From: Terriglobales bacterium
GTDB taxonomy: Bacteria; Acidobacteriota; Terriglobia; Terriglobales; Acidobacteriaceae
Reading direction: 5' to 3'
DNA: 64,000 nucleotides
NCBI GenBank assembly: GCA_035691825.1
Contig: DASSIO010000060.1
Coordinates: 52,325 to 116,324, forward strand
Shown piece by piece: positions 37,546-45,627 of this stretch. A program made the position numbers and the translations under genes. Under the pieces are notes generated by a model, which made no database searches, had not been told where the DNA came from, and saw nothing but the letters and a program-made list of their open reading frames with translations. Every line of letters starts with the position of its first letter. Positions within the stretch are counted from its first letter, which is position 1.

Positions 37546-40239
37546 CTAGCTTTTCCGTTGTCCGTCCCAAGACTCGCCCTTGTATTGTGTGGCGTGTTGC
37601 ATGGCGTCCACCAGTGCGCGCCGCAAGCGGTAGCGGCTTTCCAGGTCAGTATTAACAATCTCGAAGCCAAGTTCATTGACGCGTGCGCGACGTAGCAGAA
37701 CCTGAGCACGGATTTTTCGTACTCCAACCGAAATCTCGATCGCCGCTTCCGAGCCAATACGCTGGTTATCTTCCTTCGTTCCCATGCCTCCGCCAAGGCT
37801 GAGCTCGCGGATTGTCATGGTCGATTTACCCCAAGAACTGCTGAGGATTGCGCTAAGGCTCCGGTTGAGAACATATCGCTCGTAGCGCCTCTGCCGAACC
37901 CACGATGATCCTAACTGCGCGTCCAAGGCTGCGATCGCCACTTCGGCGGGATCGAGGTCATTGTCGGCCACCACCTGGTTGCTATAACGCGGGTCAATTT
38001 TGGCGAGGGCCTGAGCGGCGGCGATGCGCAGCTCGCGATGGTGCACCCATTTCCAGACTTTCTTGGCTTCGATGATATTTCGTAGCACGGGTACGGCATC
38101 GGGATGCCGCAGCCGCCCGAGCGACTCGACAGCCTTGAGCTGGATGAGCGGCGAGCGGGCTTCGGTATCCCCAGGTTGCGCCAGGATCATCAATGCCGGA
38201 GCGGCATTCGTGTCGCCGCTCATGCCAATTTCGTCGATGGCCTGCGGCAGGACTAGAGGATCGAGTACTTCCAGGAGTTCCAAAAGTGTGCTGCCACGGT
38301 CCGAAGCGGCGCCGAATGCCACCTGGCGAACAACGACATCATGATAAAAACGGCTCCATTCGCGAATGCGTCCTGGTAAGAGCTCCAACAATGCGGGCAC
38401 GTCGAGCCGGCTCATCAGCCCGACTACGGCCGCGGCTTGCCGCGGAGGAGCAGTACGGAGAACTTCGCGAAGCTGCGCTTGGCCATCTGGCCCGAGCTCT
38501 TCGACAACTTTAATCAGGCGGTCGCACTCGTCCCGTTGCATGCACCGGAAAAACCTGTCGGCCAAATGCTCGACGGCAGTTGCAGATGACATGCGAAAGA
38601 TTTGCAGGAGTTCACCAGAAATTTCTTCCGAGCGCATGGCTTCGTCGATGAATTCCGGCAGCCGGTTTTCGACGCCGATCCGAGGCTGCATCTCCTTGGC
38701 TAACGCGGGACGACGGTGCTCGAGTTCTTGCAGAGCAGCAAGAACCTCGACGACCGCTCCGTATTGCTTTCGATTATTGGCTTCCTGACTTAAGCGCACG
38801 AAGGCAGCGGCCGACAGGCCCTGAATTTCGCCATCGGGCTCCTGGCCAAGACTGGTGGCCAGAGCACGAATCACTGCTCGCATCAAATCAGGACCGCATC
38901 GTGCATATAAATCGGCCAGTTGGCTTAGCCCTGTCGAGACTTTGCGGCGGGTCTCCGACTCTTTAGCAGCAAGACAGGAATAGTAGTTACTTAGGATTCT
39001 ATCGGCAGTTTCGTAGTCGCCGCGTTGCAAGAGTTGTTCCACATACTGACGCACATTGCGGGACGGCACGCACGCAGCTTCGTTGCTCAGCAACACGCTC
39101 TTTTTGCCGGCTTCCGGGACCTCCGCCCAGAACATCCGGTCCAGGATGTCAGCGTGCGACTCGACCAGAATTCCGGCCTTGCTCATCTTCTCTTCCTGAA
39201 CCTTGAGGATCTGGCGCAGCGTGTTCATCTGCCGGCTCATGTGCTCCAGCATCTGGTGCACGGCGTTGACCTTGATTTCGCCCTTCTGGTAGCGCTCCAG
39301 AGCAAAGCGGATAGCCATGTGCTCAGCCGCCCGCATCAGCAGGGGTGTGTCGCGTTCTTCATCTGAAACCTTTGACGCGAGGCTTTCCAGAAGCTGCTGT
39401 AAGTTGACACGCGTGGCGGCATCAGCCTGCCCCAATTCCTGCTGCACATGTTCCTGCGTTATGTTGGGATCCTGTGCGCTTTGTCCGAACTGGGTAAGCA
39501 AGCGAATGGCCCGGATGACCTCTTCCTCTTCCAGAGGAACGGTTCCTTCGCCACCATCAATGGCCGCAGGAGTTCCCGGTCCGCTGCCGTGGCGCAATGG
39601 CGCGCTGCCGGCTGGAGCGGAACCGCCGCCTCCGCCGCCGTGAGCGCCTTCCGCGGCCGCAATGAGCTGCAACAGCTTCTGAGGATCATTTAGCCAGTCT
39701 TTGAATTCCGGGCCCAGGGTTTGCGCCGCGATTTGTGCGGCCACACTGACTTCACCGGTAGCCGGATCGGCAGCAACAAATTTCACTTCGTTGATCTTGA
39801 TGCTGGACTGTTGGGAGTCGCCCAAGGCCTGCTTGATCTGTTGCGCCATGTCCTGGGCTTTCGACCCGGAGCTGGCAAAGGCACGAACCAGGCGCCCGAA
39901 GTCGTGTTTCGTGACCTGGGTGGTGAAATTGATGCTGGCAAGACCCGCGGCGGTCAGCAGCTGTGCGAAGCTGCGCTCCGCCTGACCCGCTTCCAGCGGG
40001 ATGCCGTCCAAAAGCAGGGTGGACCCAGAAACGCCCAGCAGGAAACCGCTTGCGCCCGCGGCAGGTAAGCCATTTTGCAGCTCTTTCCACGCGGTCTCAA
40101 ACTGCGTTTCGGTGCGCTTATGATTGAAACCGTAAAGGCGAACGTATTTAACCAGTATGTTCAGGCTGTGGACGAACGCCCGCGCCGACTCGCCGCGGGC
40201 CAAATTGGCGCCACTTGCTGGGATACTCCGCTCCTGCAC
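37546..40239 (-). CDS. Large HEAT/PBS-lyase-repeat protein with C-terminal PilZ domain
   Basis: C-terminus has RRYER (RxxxR) and ELSLGG (a D/NxSxxG variant). The middle has HEAT-like repeats (ESLGRLRHPDAVPVL). Gly-rich linker GGGGGS. GTG start. Confidence 0.65.
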   Translation of the reverse strand: MQERSIPASGANLARGESARAFVHSLNILVKYVRLYGFNHKRTETQFETAWKELQNGLPAAGASGFLLGVSGSTLLLDGIPLEAGQAERSFAQLLTAAGLASINFTTQVTKHDFGRLVRAFASSGSKAQDMAQQIKQALGDSQQSSIKINEVKFVAADPATGEVSVAAQIAAQTLGPEFKDWLNDPQKLLQLIAAAEGAHGGGGGGSAPAGSAPLRHGSGPGTPAAIDGGEGTVPLEEEEVIRAIRLLTQFGQSAQDPNITQEHVQQELGQADAATRVNLQQLLESLASKVSDEERDTPLLMRAAEHMAIRFALERYQKGEIKVNAVHQMLEHMSRQMNTLRQILKVQEEKMSKAGILVESHADILDRMFWAEVPEAGKKSVLLSNEAACVPSRNVRQYVEQLLQRGDYETADRILSNYYSCLAAKESETRRKVSTGLSQLADLYARCGPDLMRAVIRALATSLGQEPDGEIQGLSAAAFVRLSQEANNRKQYGAVVEVLAALQELEHRRPALAKEMQPRIGVENRLPEFIDEAMRSEEISGELLQIFRMSSATAVEHLADRFFRCMQRDECDRLIKVVEELGPDGQAQLREVLRTAPPRQAAAVVGLMSRLDVPALLELLPGRIREWSRFYHDVVVRQVAFGAASDRGSTLLELLEVLDPLVLPQAIDEIGMSGDTNAAPALMILAQPGDTEARSPLIQLKAVESLGRLRHPDAVPVLRNIIEAKKVWKWVHHRELRIAAAQALAKIDPRYSNQVVADNDLDPAEVAIAALDAQLGSSWVRQRRYERYVLNRSLSAILSSSWGKSTMTIRELSLGGGMGTKEDNQRIGSEAAIEISVGVRKIRAQVLLRRARVNELGFEIVNTDLESRYRLRRALVDAMQHATQYKGESWDGQRKS

Positions 40240-40357
40240 ACTGATATCGCGCCAAGCGTAACGCCTTTAGGGAAGCCGTGCATGTTACCGGAGTAATCGC
40301 GCTGGCGTTCGATCCCAACAATTCCTGCGATATCGGAGCGGTCACAAAATCGGGTGT

Positions 40358-40750
40358 TCAGAGGATCTTGCCCTTGGCGAGATCTTCAACAAGCTCAAGG
40401 TCAGCTTCGAGGAAGTCGAACGTGGGGAGCTTTTTCCGATCGGCCCATTGCACGTCGCGAAAAATGCGGTTTTCAATCTCGCCCTTATATTCGTGAACCA
40501 CATAGAACCGAAGCTCAACCGCCCCTCCATTTCTATACGTGTGGTGAATACGCGCGACTTCTTCGCCGATGCGGGCATCGATTCCGAGTTCTTCCTCAAG
40601 TTCCCGGCGGAGAGCGTCGCGAGGTTGTTCGCCAGTTTCAATTTTCCCGCCAGGAAACTCCCATTTCAGCGGCATCGTTTGATGGCGAGTGCGCTGGCAT
40701 ACCAGAATTTTGCCATGTTTGATAATTATGGCCGCCACGACGCGCTTCAT
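40358..40750 (-). CDS. NUDIX hydrolase, MutT-like
   Basis: Nudix box GGKIETGEQPRDALRRELEEELGI. ATG 40750 forms an ATGA overlap with the upstream stop. The track's longer ORF is rejected. Confidence 0.8.
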   Translation of the reverse strand: MKRVVAAIIIKHGKILVCQRTRHQTMPLKWEFPGGKIETGEQPRDALRRELEEELGIDARIGEEVARIHHTYRNGGAVELRFYVVHEYKGEIENRIFRDVQWADRKKLPTFDFLEADLELVEDLAKGKIL

Positions 40751-41784
40751 ACGTGCGCAGAGACTTCGGATGGTACAGCGCTTATAGACGGATCGACGCA
40801 GCTCGTGAAAGTAAATGCAAATGCAGCGAGGCCTGAGGGGCAAACCAGTTCCAACATGTGGCTCTCGAAGTTACGGTTGGCTACCACAGCGTACATTCGC
40901 GGGCTTGCGACCGGAATGTAACTATCCTCATGCCCCTCAGCTACTCTAAAGCGAATGTCCGTGGTAGCTTCACCTGGGCTCAGCGGCTTGCCATCCTGAT
41001 GAATCCCAACTTCACAGCGTTCAGAACGGGGAGATGCCATCACCAGATTCACAGTCTTCGCCGAGTACCTCAGAAGGATTCGGTGTGGACCATCGCCAAC
41101 CGCTTCGACATATTCCGCAGTCGAGGCCCAGCGGCCGGTGAGGTAAAAGACGTTCTCTTGCAGTTCCCCGGAAACCGTATACTCCGCGATCTGATCCTCT
41201 TGGAATCCGCCTGGGTTGCCGACTTTTCCACGCCGGTGTCCGAGATAAAGTTCCGGGGTTGGCGGATAGCACCTTGCCCCCGGACAATCCTCCTCGCGAA
41301 CCGGATTCATAATTGGCGGGAGCACAACGTGCTCGTCGATCTCTCGCAGTAACTGCTGAATCGCCTGCTCACATTGCTCGTACTCGCCTTCGCCGAAGTG
41401 GGCGAAGCGCAGATATCCCTCCTTGTCGATCAAATACTTGGTGGGCCAGCAGCGGCAGGCAAAGAGCTTCCAAATCTCATAATTACTGTCGATCACGATT
41501 GGATACGTGAGGCCAAATTCCCGCACCCCGCGCTCCACATTCGACTCGTACTGCGCGAAGGTGAACTCCGGAGTGTGAACGCCAATCACCATGAGTCCTT
41601 TGTCCTTGTAGCGCTGGTACCAGCCTTCAACATAAGGCAAGGTCCGGATGCAATTCACGCAGGTGTAGTCCCAAAAATCTACGAGTACAGCCCTCCCACG
41701 CAACTGGCGGAAGCTCAACGGCGTTGAATTCAACCAGACGCGGCCAATTTCCGGGGCGCGAACCTTGCCTTTCTCGACAATCAC
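40747..41784 (-). CDS. Thioredoxin-fold redoxin with C-terminal beta-rich domain (DipZ C-terminal type)
   Basis: CxxC active site in FWDYTCVNCIRTLPY. GTG 41784 gives a GTGA overlap with the upstream stop. ATG 41826 is an alternative start. Confidence 0.75.
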   Translation of the reverse strand: MIVEKGKVRAPEIGRVWLNSTPLSFRQLRGRAVLVDFWDYTCVNCIRTLPYVEGWYQRYKDKGLMVIGVHTPEFTFAQYESNVERGVREFGLTYPIVIDSNYEIWKLFACRCWPTKYLIDKEGYLRFAHFGEGEYEQCEQAIQQLLREIDEHVVLPPIMNPVREEDCPGARCYPPTPELYLGHRRGKVGNPGGFQEDQIAEYTVSGELQENVFYLTGRWASTAEYVEAVGDGPHRILLRYSAKTVNLVMASPRSERCEVGIHQDGKPLSPGEATTDIRFRVAEGHEDSYIPVASPRMYAVVANRNFESHMLELVCPSGLAAFAFTFTSCVDPSISAVPSEVSAHV

Positions 41785-42260
41785 GAGCCGGCGTTCTCCA
41801 GATGTTTGCCCACGACCGAAGCACAATATTCGATCAACCGCCGGTCTTCGAGAGCGAAAGCAGCGGGGGTGTGACTGTCCACGTCCAGTTCACCCACCAC
41901 CTGTCCATCGGCGAAAACGGGCGCGACGATCTCTGACTTTGTTTCAATCGAACAGGCCAAGTAGCGTGGATCGGAACTCACGTCATCAACCACAACGGTT
42001 TCGCCTTGGGATACTGCCGCCCCGCAAATCCCCTGATTCAGCGGAATGCGCGTGTGCGGAGTGGGCGCACCTTCGAAGAATCCCAGCTGAAGGACGGGTC
42101 CAGGTTCTTCCAGCATGTAGAAACCGACCCAATTGTAATGGGGCATTTTGCGGTGAAGTAACTTTACGATCGCAGCCATGAGCTCATTGGCGGTTGCGCA
42201 CGTTGTTGCAAGCTGAGCTACTTCTTGCTCGGCTTCCTGAATCTGAGTGCTGGTGGGCAT
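41781..42260 (-). CDS. GAF-domain free methionine-(R)-sulfoxide reductase-like protein (YebR/MsrC type)
   Basis: Single GAF domain with NQGICGAAV...DVSSDPRYLACS...SEIVAPVF, characteristic of the fRMsr group. Confidence 0.75.
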   Translation of the reverse strand: MPTSTQIQEAEQEVAQLATTCATANELMAAIVKLLHRKMPHYNWVGFYMLEEPGPVLQLGFFEGAPTPHTRIPLNQGICGAAVSQGETVVVDDVSSDPRYLACSIETKSEIVAPVFADGQVVGELDVDSHTPAAFALEDRRLIEYCASVVGKHLENAGS

Positions 42261-42276
42261 TCGATAAATATTAAAT

Positions 42277-42576
42277 CACAGCGTGTGCGCTTCGCTGGTA
42301 TCGCCGAATGATTCGACACCAATCTGTCGCAATCCCACAGAAGTCGTAAAGAGTTCTGGATGGATGGCTGCAGCCAAAGCGCGAAGGCCTTTGACTAAAG
42401 TGGGCGCCGGCGTATTTAGGAATTCGTCTCGGATACAATACACACGGTTTTCGCGGACAGCACTTAACCTTTGGCGATTGTATAGTTCAAATTGCGAGAC
42501 GCTTTGAAACGCTGCGGCTCTGATAAGCTGCGGAAAGATCGCACATATAAAGATTAGCCCTGGAAGAGTGGTCCTT
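42277..42576 (-). pseudogene. Remnant (C-terminal ~100 aa) of a BtuF/Fe-siderophore-type periplasmic binding protein
   Basis: Open frame without a start codon: ...PGLIFICAIFPQ...RLSAVRENRVYCIRDEFLNTPAPTLVKGLRALAAAIHPELF... This matches the typical C-terminus of Peripla_BP_2 proteins (AVKNGRVY..D.D...RPGPR...GLE.LA..IHPE). The N-terminal ~200 aa are missing. Confidence 0.4.
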
Positions 42577-42864
42577 CAGGACCGCGTAGGTTGGCTTCAG
42601 CAACGAGCGCTTCAGCCCGGCGCCCGTCGCAAGATCTCTTAGCGAAACCTGATTTACCACAAGTCTGTCATCCCGAGCGGAGCAGAATGGCCGTTCACGG
42701 CAATTCTGCAAAGTCGAAGGACCTTGCGTCTCACCTGCAGCGTTCATCAGAGTCTCCAAAAACCCAAACTGAAGGCAATACCAGGCTGGAGCCGTCTTGT
42801 CACTTTGCACGTGACCTGGAATCTCATTTAACGTATCTAAACAGAGCAGCCTTTCCGCAAACCT

Positions 42865-43584
42865 ATGGCCTCGCAGATCGAAAAGCGCAATTTCAAGCGT
42901 CTGACGCGGCGCGAACTGCTGAAAGTTTCGCCAGTTCTAGCGCTGGGGGCCTTTGCCATTCCGCAACTGCAGAAGCCGCTGCTGAAGGCTGGCCTTGGCT
43001 TTAGTGACTGGGCGGCCGCGCTACTTTTTCGGAAGGGTCACCTGGCTCCCACTTTCTCCGAGTCGGAGTTAACGCCATTTGAGAAATTTCCGATCAACGA
43101 CTACGACGTTGACGATCCGGGCGTCGATTTCGACAAGTGGACGCTAACGGTGTCCGGGGCAATCCAGAAGCCGGGTGATTACAAGCTGGCGCAGGTTCAG
43201 TCGCTTCCAAGAGTGCGCCAGAATACTCGTCACGTCTGCGTCGAAGGATGGGACGTCATCGGACGATTTGGCGGCGCCCGGCTGTCAGATTTCCTGAACA
43301 TGATTGGGGCTGACACGAACGCCCGCTACGTCTATGTGGAATGTGCCGACGACTACTATGAATCCATTGACATGGAAACGGCTCTGCATCCCCAGACGCT
43401 TCTTTGTTACGAAATGTATGATCAGCCGCTTACGCGTGAGCACGGTGCGCCTCTGAGATTGCAGATTCCCACCAAGATTGGTTACAAGCAGGCCAAGTAT
43501 CTAACCGATCTTAAAGTCACCAATATTCTGGCCAAGACCGGCTACTGGGAGGACCAGGGCTACTCGCATTTTTATGGATTGTGA
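42865..43584 (+). CDS. Small molybdopterin-dependent oxidoreductase (sulfite-oxidase fold, MsrP/YedY-like)
   Basis: Tat-like signal TRRELLKVSPVLALGAFA and Mo-ligand Cys motif RHVCVEGWDV. Confidence 0.8.
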   Translation: MASQIEKRNFKRLTRRELLKVSPVLALGAFAIPQLQKPLLKAGLGFSDWAAALLFRKGHLAPTFSESELTPFEKFPINDYDVDDPGVDFDKWTLTVSGAIQKPGDYKLAQVQSLPRVRQNTRHVCVEGWDVIGRFGGARLSDFLNMIGADTNARYVYVECADDYYESIDMETALHPQTLLCYEMYDQPLTREHGAPLRLQIPTKIGYKQAKYLTDLKVTNILAKTGYWEDQGYSHFYGL

Positions 43585-43618
43585 CGACGGCGGCGCGGGT
43601 ATCGTCAGAGAGCGCTGA

Positions 43619-44299
43619 ATGGCAACTGAGGCTTTAGAGATTAACGACACTAAGACCGGTCAAGTAAGCGAAGCGGTATACGAGCACCCGCTCATTGTCC
43701 GCCTTTGCCACTGGGTCAACGCCGTATCCCTGTTCGTGCTGGCCGGTAGCGGACTGCAGATATTTCGCGCCTTCCCAAGCTTCGGCGCCAAGATTCCTCA
43801 GCACGACCTGTTGCATTGGCCGCAAGCGTTCGCGATTGGCGGCTGGCTCGGTGGGGCGCTGCAGTGGCACATGACATTCATGTGGATCTATCTCGTGAGC
43901 GGCATGGTCTACATCGGGTATGAGTTCTTTAGCGGGAACTATAAGCAGGTGCTGTTCGTTCGCCGCGACGTTCCGGGTGTCTGGCCCATGGTGCGCCACT
44001 ACTTCTTTTTCGGGCCGAAGCCGCCGCTCACGGAAACCTACAACCCACTACAGAAACACGCGTACACCTCGGCAGTGATTCTCGGTGTCCTTTCGGTACT
44101 GACAGGGATCGCCATCTGGAAGCCGGTGCAGTTTTCCTGGCTGGCCTGGCTGATGGGTGGTTTCCATTGGGCACGACTCTGGCATTTCATCATCATGTGG
44201 GCGTTTCTGGCATTTGTTTTTGGTCACCTCGTCATGGTTGTCGTGCACGGCTGGAACAATTTCATGTCCATGCTCACGGGATGGAAAAACAGCGAGTGA
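43619..44299 (+). CDS. Membrane b-type cytochrome (cytochrome b561/PhsC-like partner of the Mo enzyme)
   Basis: Four to five TM helices with conserved His (RLCHWVNA, FGHLVMVVVHGW). Confidence 0.75.
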   Translation: MATEALEINDTKTGQVSEAVYEHPLIVRLCHWVNAVSLFVLAGSGLQIFRAFPSFGAKIPQHDLLHWPQAFAIGGWLGGALQWHMTFMWIYLVSGMVYIGYEFFSGNYKQVLFVRRDVPGVWPMVRHYFFFGPKPPLTETYNPLQKHAYTSAVILGVLSVLTGIAIWKPVQFSWLAWLMGGFHWARLWHFIIMWAFLAFVFGHLVMVVVHGWNNFMSMLTGWKNSE

Positions 44300-44302
44300 T
44301 CA

Positions 44303-44337
44303 GAACCAGGAACTAAGAACCAGGAACCAGGAACTGA
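44303..44337. repeat. Five tandem GAACYRR heptamers
   Basis: GAACCAG GAACTAA GAACCAG GAACCAG GAACTGA, immediately after the cytochrome b stop. Same unit as in the atpB-atpE spacer. Confidence 0.6.
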
Positions 44338-44350
44338 AACCCGAGGCTGC

Positions 44351-45007
44351 GTGGCAACTGAGGCTGCTTTGCCGCTAGATCCGGCTGCAAACACGAACGA
44401 AGAACTGCTGATTCGTCGCGTTCTGAAGGGTGAGCATGAGCTGTTTTACCAGCTCATTGAGCCCTATCAGCGCCGGGTTTATGCCGCCGCTTTCGCCATT
44501 TTGCGCAATCAGGACGATGCCCAGGATGCGGCCCAGGAAGCGTTCTTGAAAGCATTCAAGAATTTGAAACAGTTCCGAGCGGAGGCTCGTTTCAGCACGT
44601 GGTTGATGCAAATCACGATTAACGAGGCACGTATGCGCAGGCGTAAAGGCAATACTTCTATTCTGCAGCCGATCGAGGACCACCGTGATGATGAGGGAAA
44701 CTACACGCCACGCGATTTTGCCGACTGGCGCGAGATTCCCTCCGACGCTCTGGAGCGCAAAGAAGTGCGTGATCTCTTGACGGAGGCGCTCGCCTCAATT
44801 GGCGAGAAGTACAGGGAAGTTTTTCTGCTGCGCGATGTCGAACAACTGAACATTGAGGAGACGGCCAAAGTGTTGGGAATTTCCACGGCGTCGGTTAAGA
44901 CGCGTCTCTTGCGCGCCCGCCTCATGCTGCGCGACTTGCTGGCCCCCGGACAGGCGGCGAAATGGGCCGGCAGGCTGTCTTTCGTTAAGGGGAACAAGCC
45001 ATGGTAG
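44351..45007 (+). CDS. ECF-type RNA polymerase sigma factor
   Basis: Region 2 (YQRRVYAAAFAILRNQDDAQDAAQEAFLKAF) and region 4 (LRDVEQLNIEETAKVLGISTASVKTRLLRAR). GTG start; TTG 44369 is possible. Confidence 0.85.
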   Translation: MATEAALPLDPAANTNEELLIRRVLKGEHELFYQLIEPYQRRVYAAAFAILRNQDDAQDAAQEAFLKAFKNLKQFRAEARFSTWLMQITINEARMRRRKGNTSILQPIEDHRDDEGNYTPRDFADWREIPSDALERKEVRDLLTEALASIGEKYREVFLLRDVEQLNIEETAKVLGISTASVKTRLLRARLMLRDLLAPGQAAKWAGRLSFVKGNKPW

Positions 45008-45618
45008 TCCGCTGTGAAGATGTCTGGCGGGAGATTTCAAATTACGTGGAAGGCGATGTAGATCCCGCCTTGCGTGCCGCCTTGGAAGATCATCTGCGCA
45101 TCTGCAAAAACTGTACTGCGGTGCTCAACGGAACGCGGAACGTGATCCGGCTGTACGCTGACGAACGCCTGTTCGACTTGCCGCGCGGCTTCAGTCAGCA
45201 CCTGCATCAGAAACTCGAAGCGCACATGCCCGGCAGGCGCGGCACAGCCTTTGGCTGGATGGTAGCGTTTGCCGCGGCCGCGCTGCTGATCATTGGCTTT
45301 GAAGTGGGGAATTCTTCCGCCTTCACCGGGCCGGCCCTGCGTTCCCAGCATGCGCAGGAAGCCTCGTCCGACATTCCTCCCGATCTGATGGTTGTGGTCA
45401 CCGACGGCGCTAAGACGTTTCATCTGCCCGGCTGCGGCGTCATTCATAACCGCGCGACAGAAAAACTGATTTCAAGCAGGGAAGCCCTGCTCCAGGGCTA
45501 TGTGCCCTGCGTACGCTGCCTTCGCAAATATGTCGGCTCAGTGGCTACAGTTCGCCGTCCAGCAGTTGTACCAGGCTCGCGGCCTGGGATGGTTAATTTG
45601 GCGTCACTAGCGCGATAG
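45001..45618 (+). CDS. ZAS-type anti-sigma factor with TM helix and extracytoplasmic Ada-like Zn-binding domain
   Basis: HLRICKNC (H-x3-C-x2-C), TM WMVAFAAAALLIIGF, and a C-terminal FHLPGC...GYVPCVRC. 7-nt overlap with the sigma gene. Confidence 0.7.
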   Translation: MVVRCEDVWREISNYVEGDVDPALRAALEDHLRICKNCTAVLNGTRNVIRLYADERLFDLPRGFSQHLHQKLEAHMPGRRGTAFGWMVAFAAAALLIIGFEVGNSSAFTGPALRSQHAQEASSDIPPDLMVVVTDGAKTFHLPGCGVIHNRATEKLISSREALLQGYVPCVRCLRKYVGSVATVRRPAVVPGSRPGMVNLASLAR

Positions 45619-45627
45619 GGAATTTCG

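Noticed and set aside
42283-43004. Track ORFs 42283-42507 (+), 42487-42810 (-) and 42591-43004 (+) as protein-coding genes.
   Set aside because: They have no RBS and no motifs, overlap one another, and one runs into the well-supported Mo-enzyme gene. The region is better explained as a decayed binding-protein gene plus non-coding DNA.
44303-44353. GGAAC repeats followed by CGT as an autoregulated ECF promoter.
   Set aside because: The only CGT at a roughly suitable distance (15 nt) overlaps the GTG start codon, leaving no room for a leader. The GGAAC motifs are more simply explained as part of the heptamer repeat. This remains unresolved rather than excluded.
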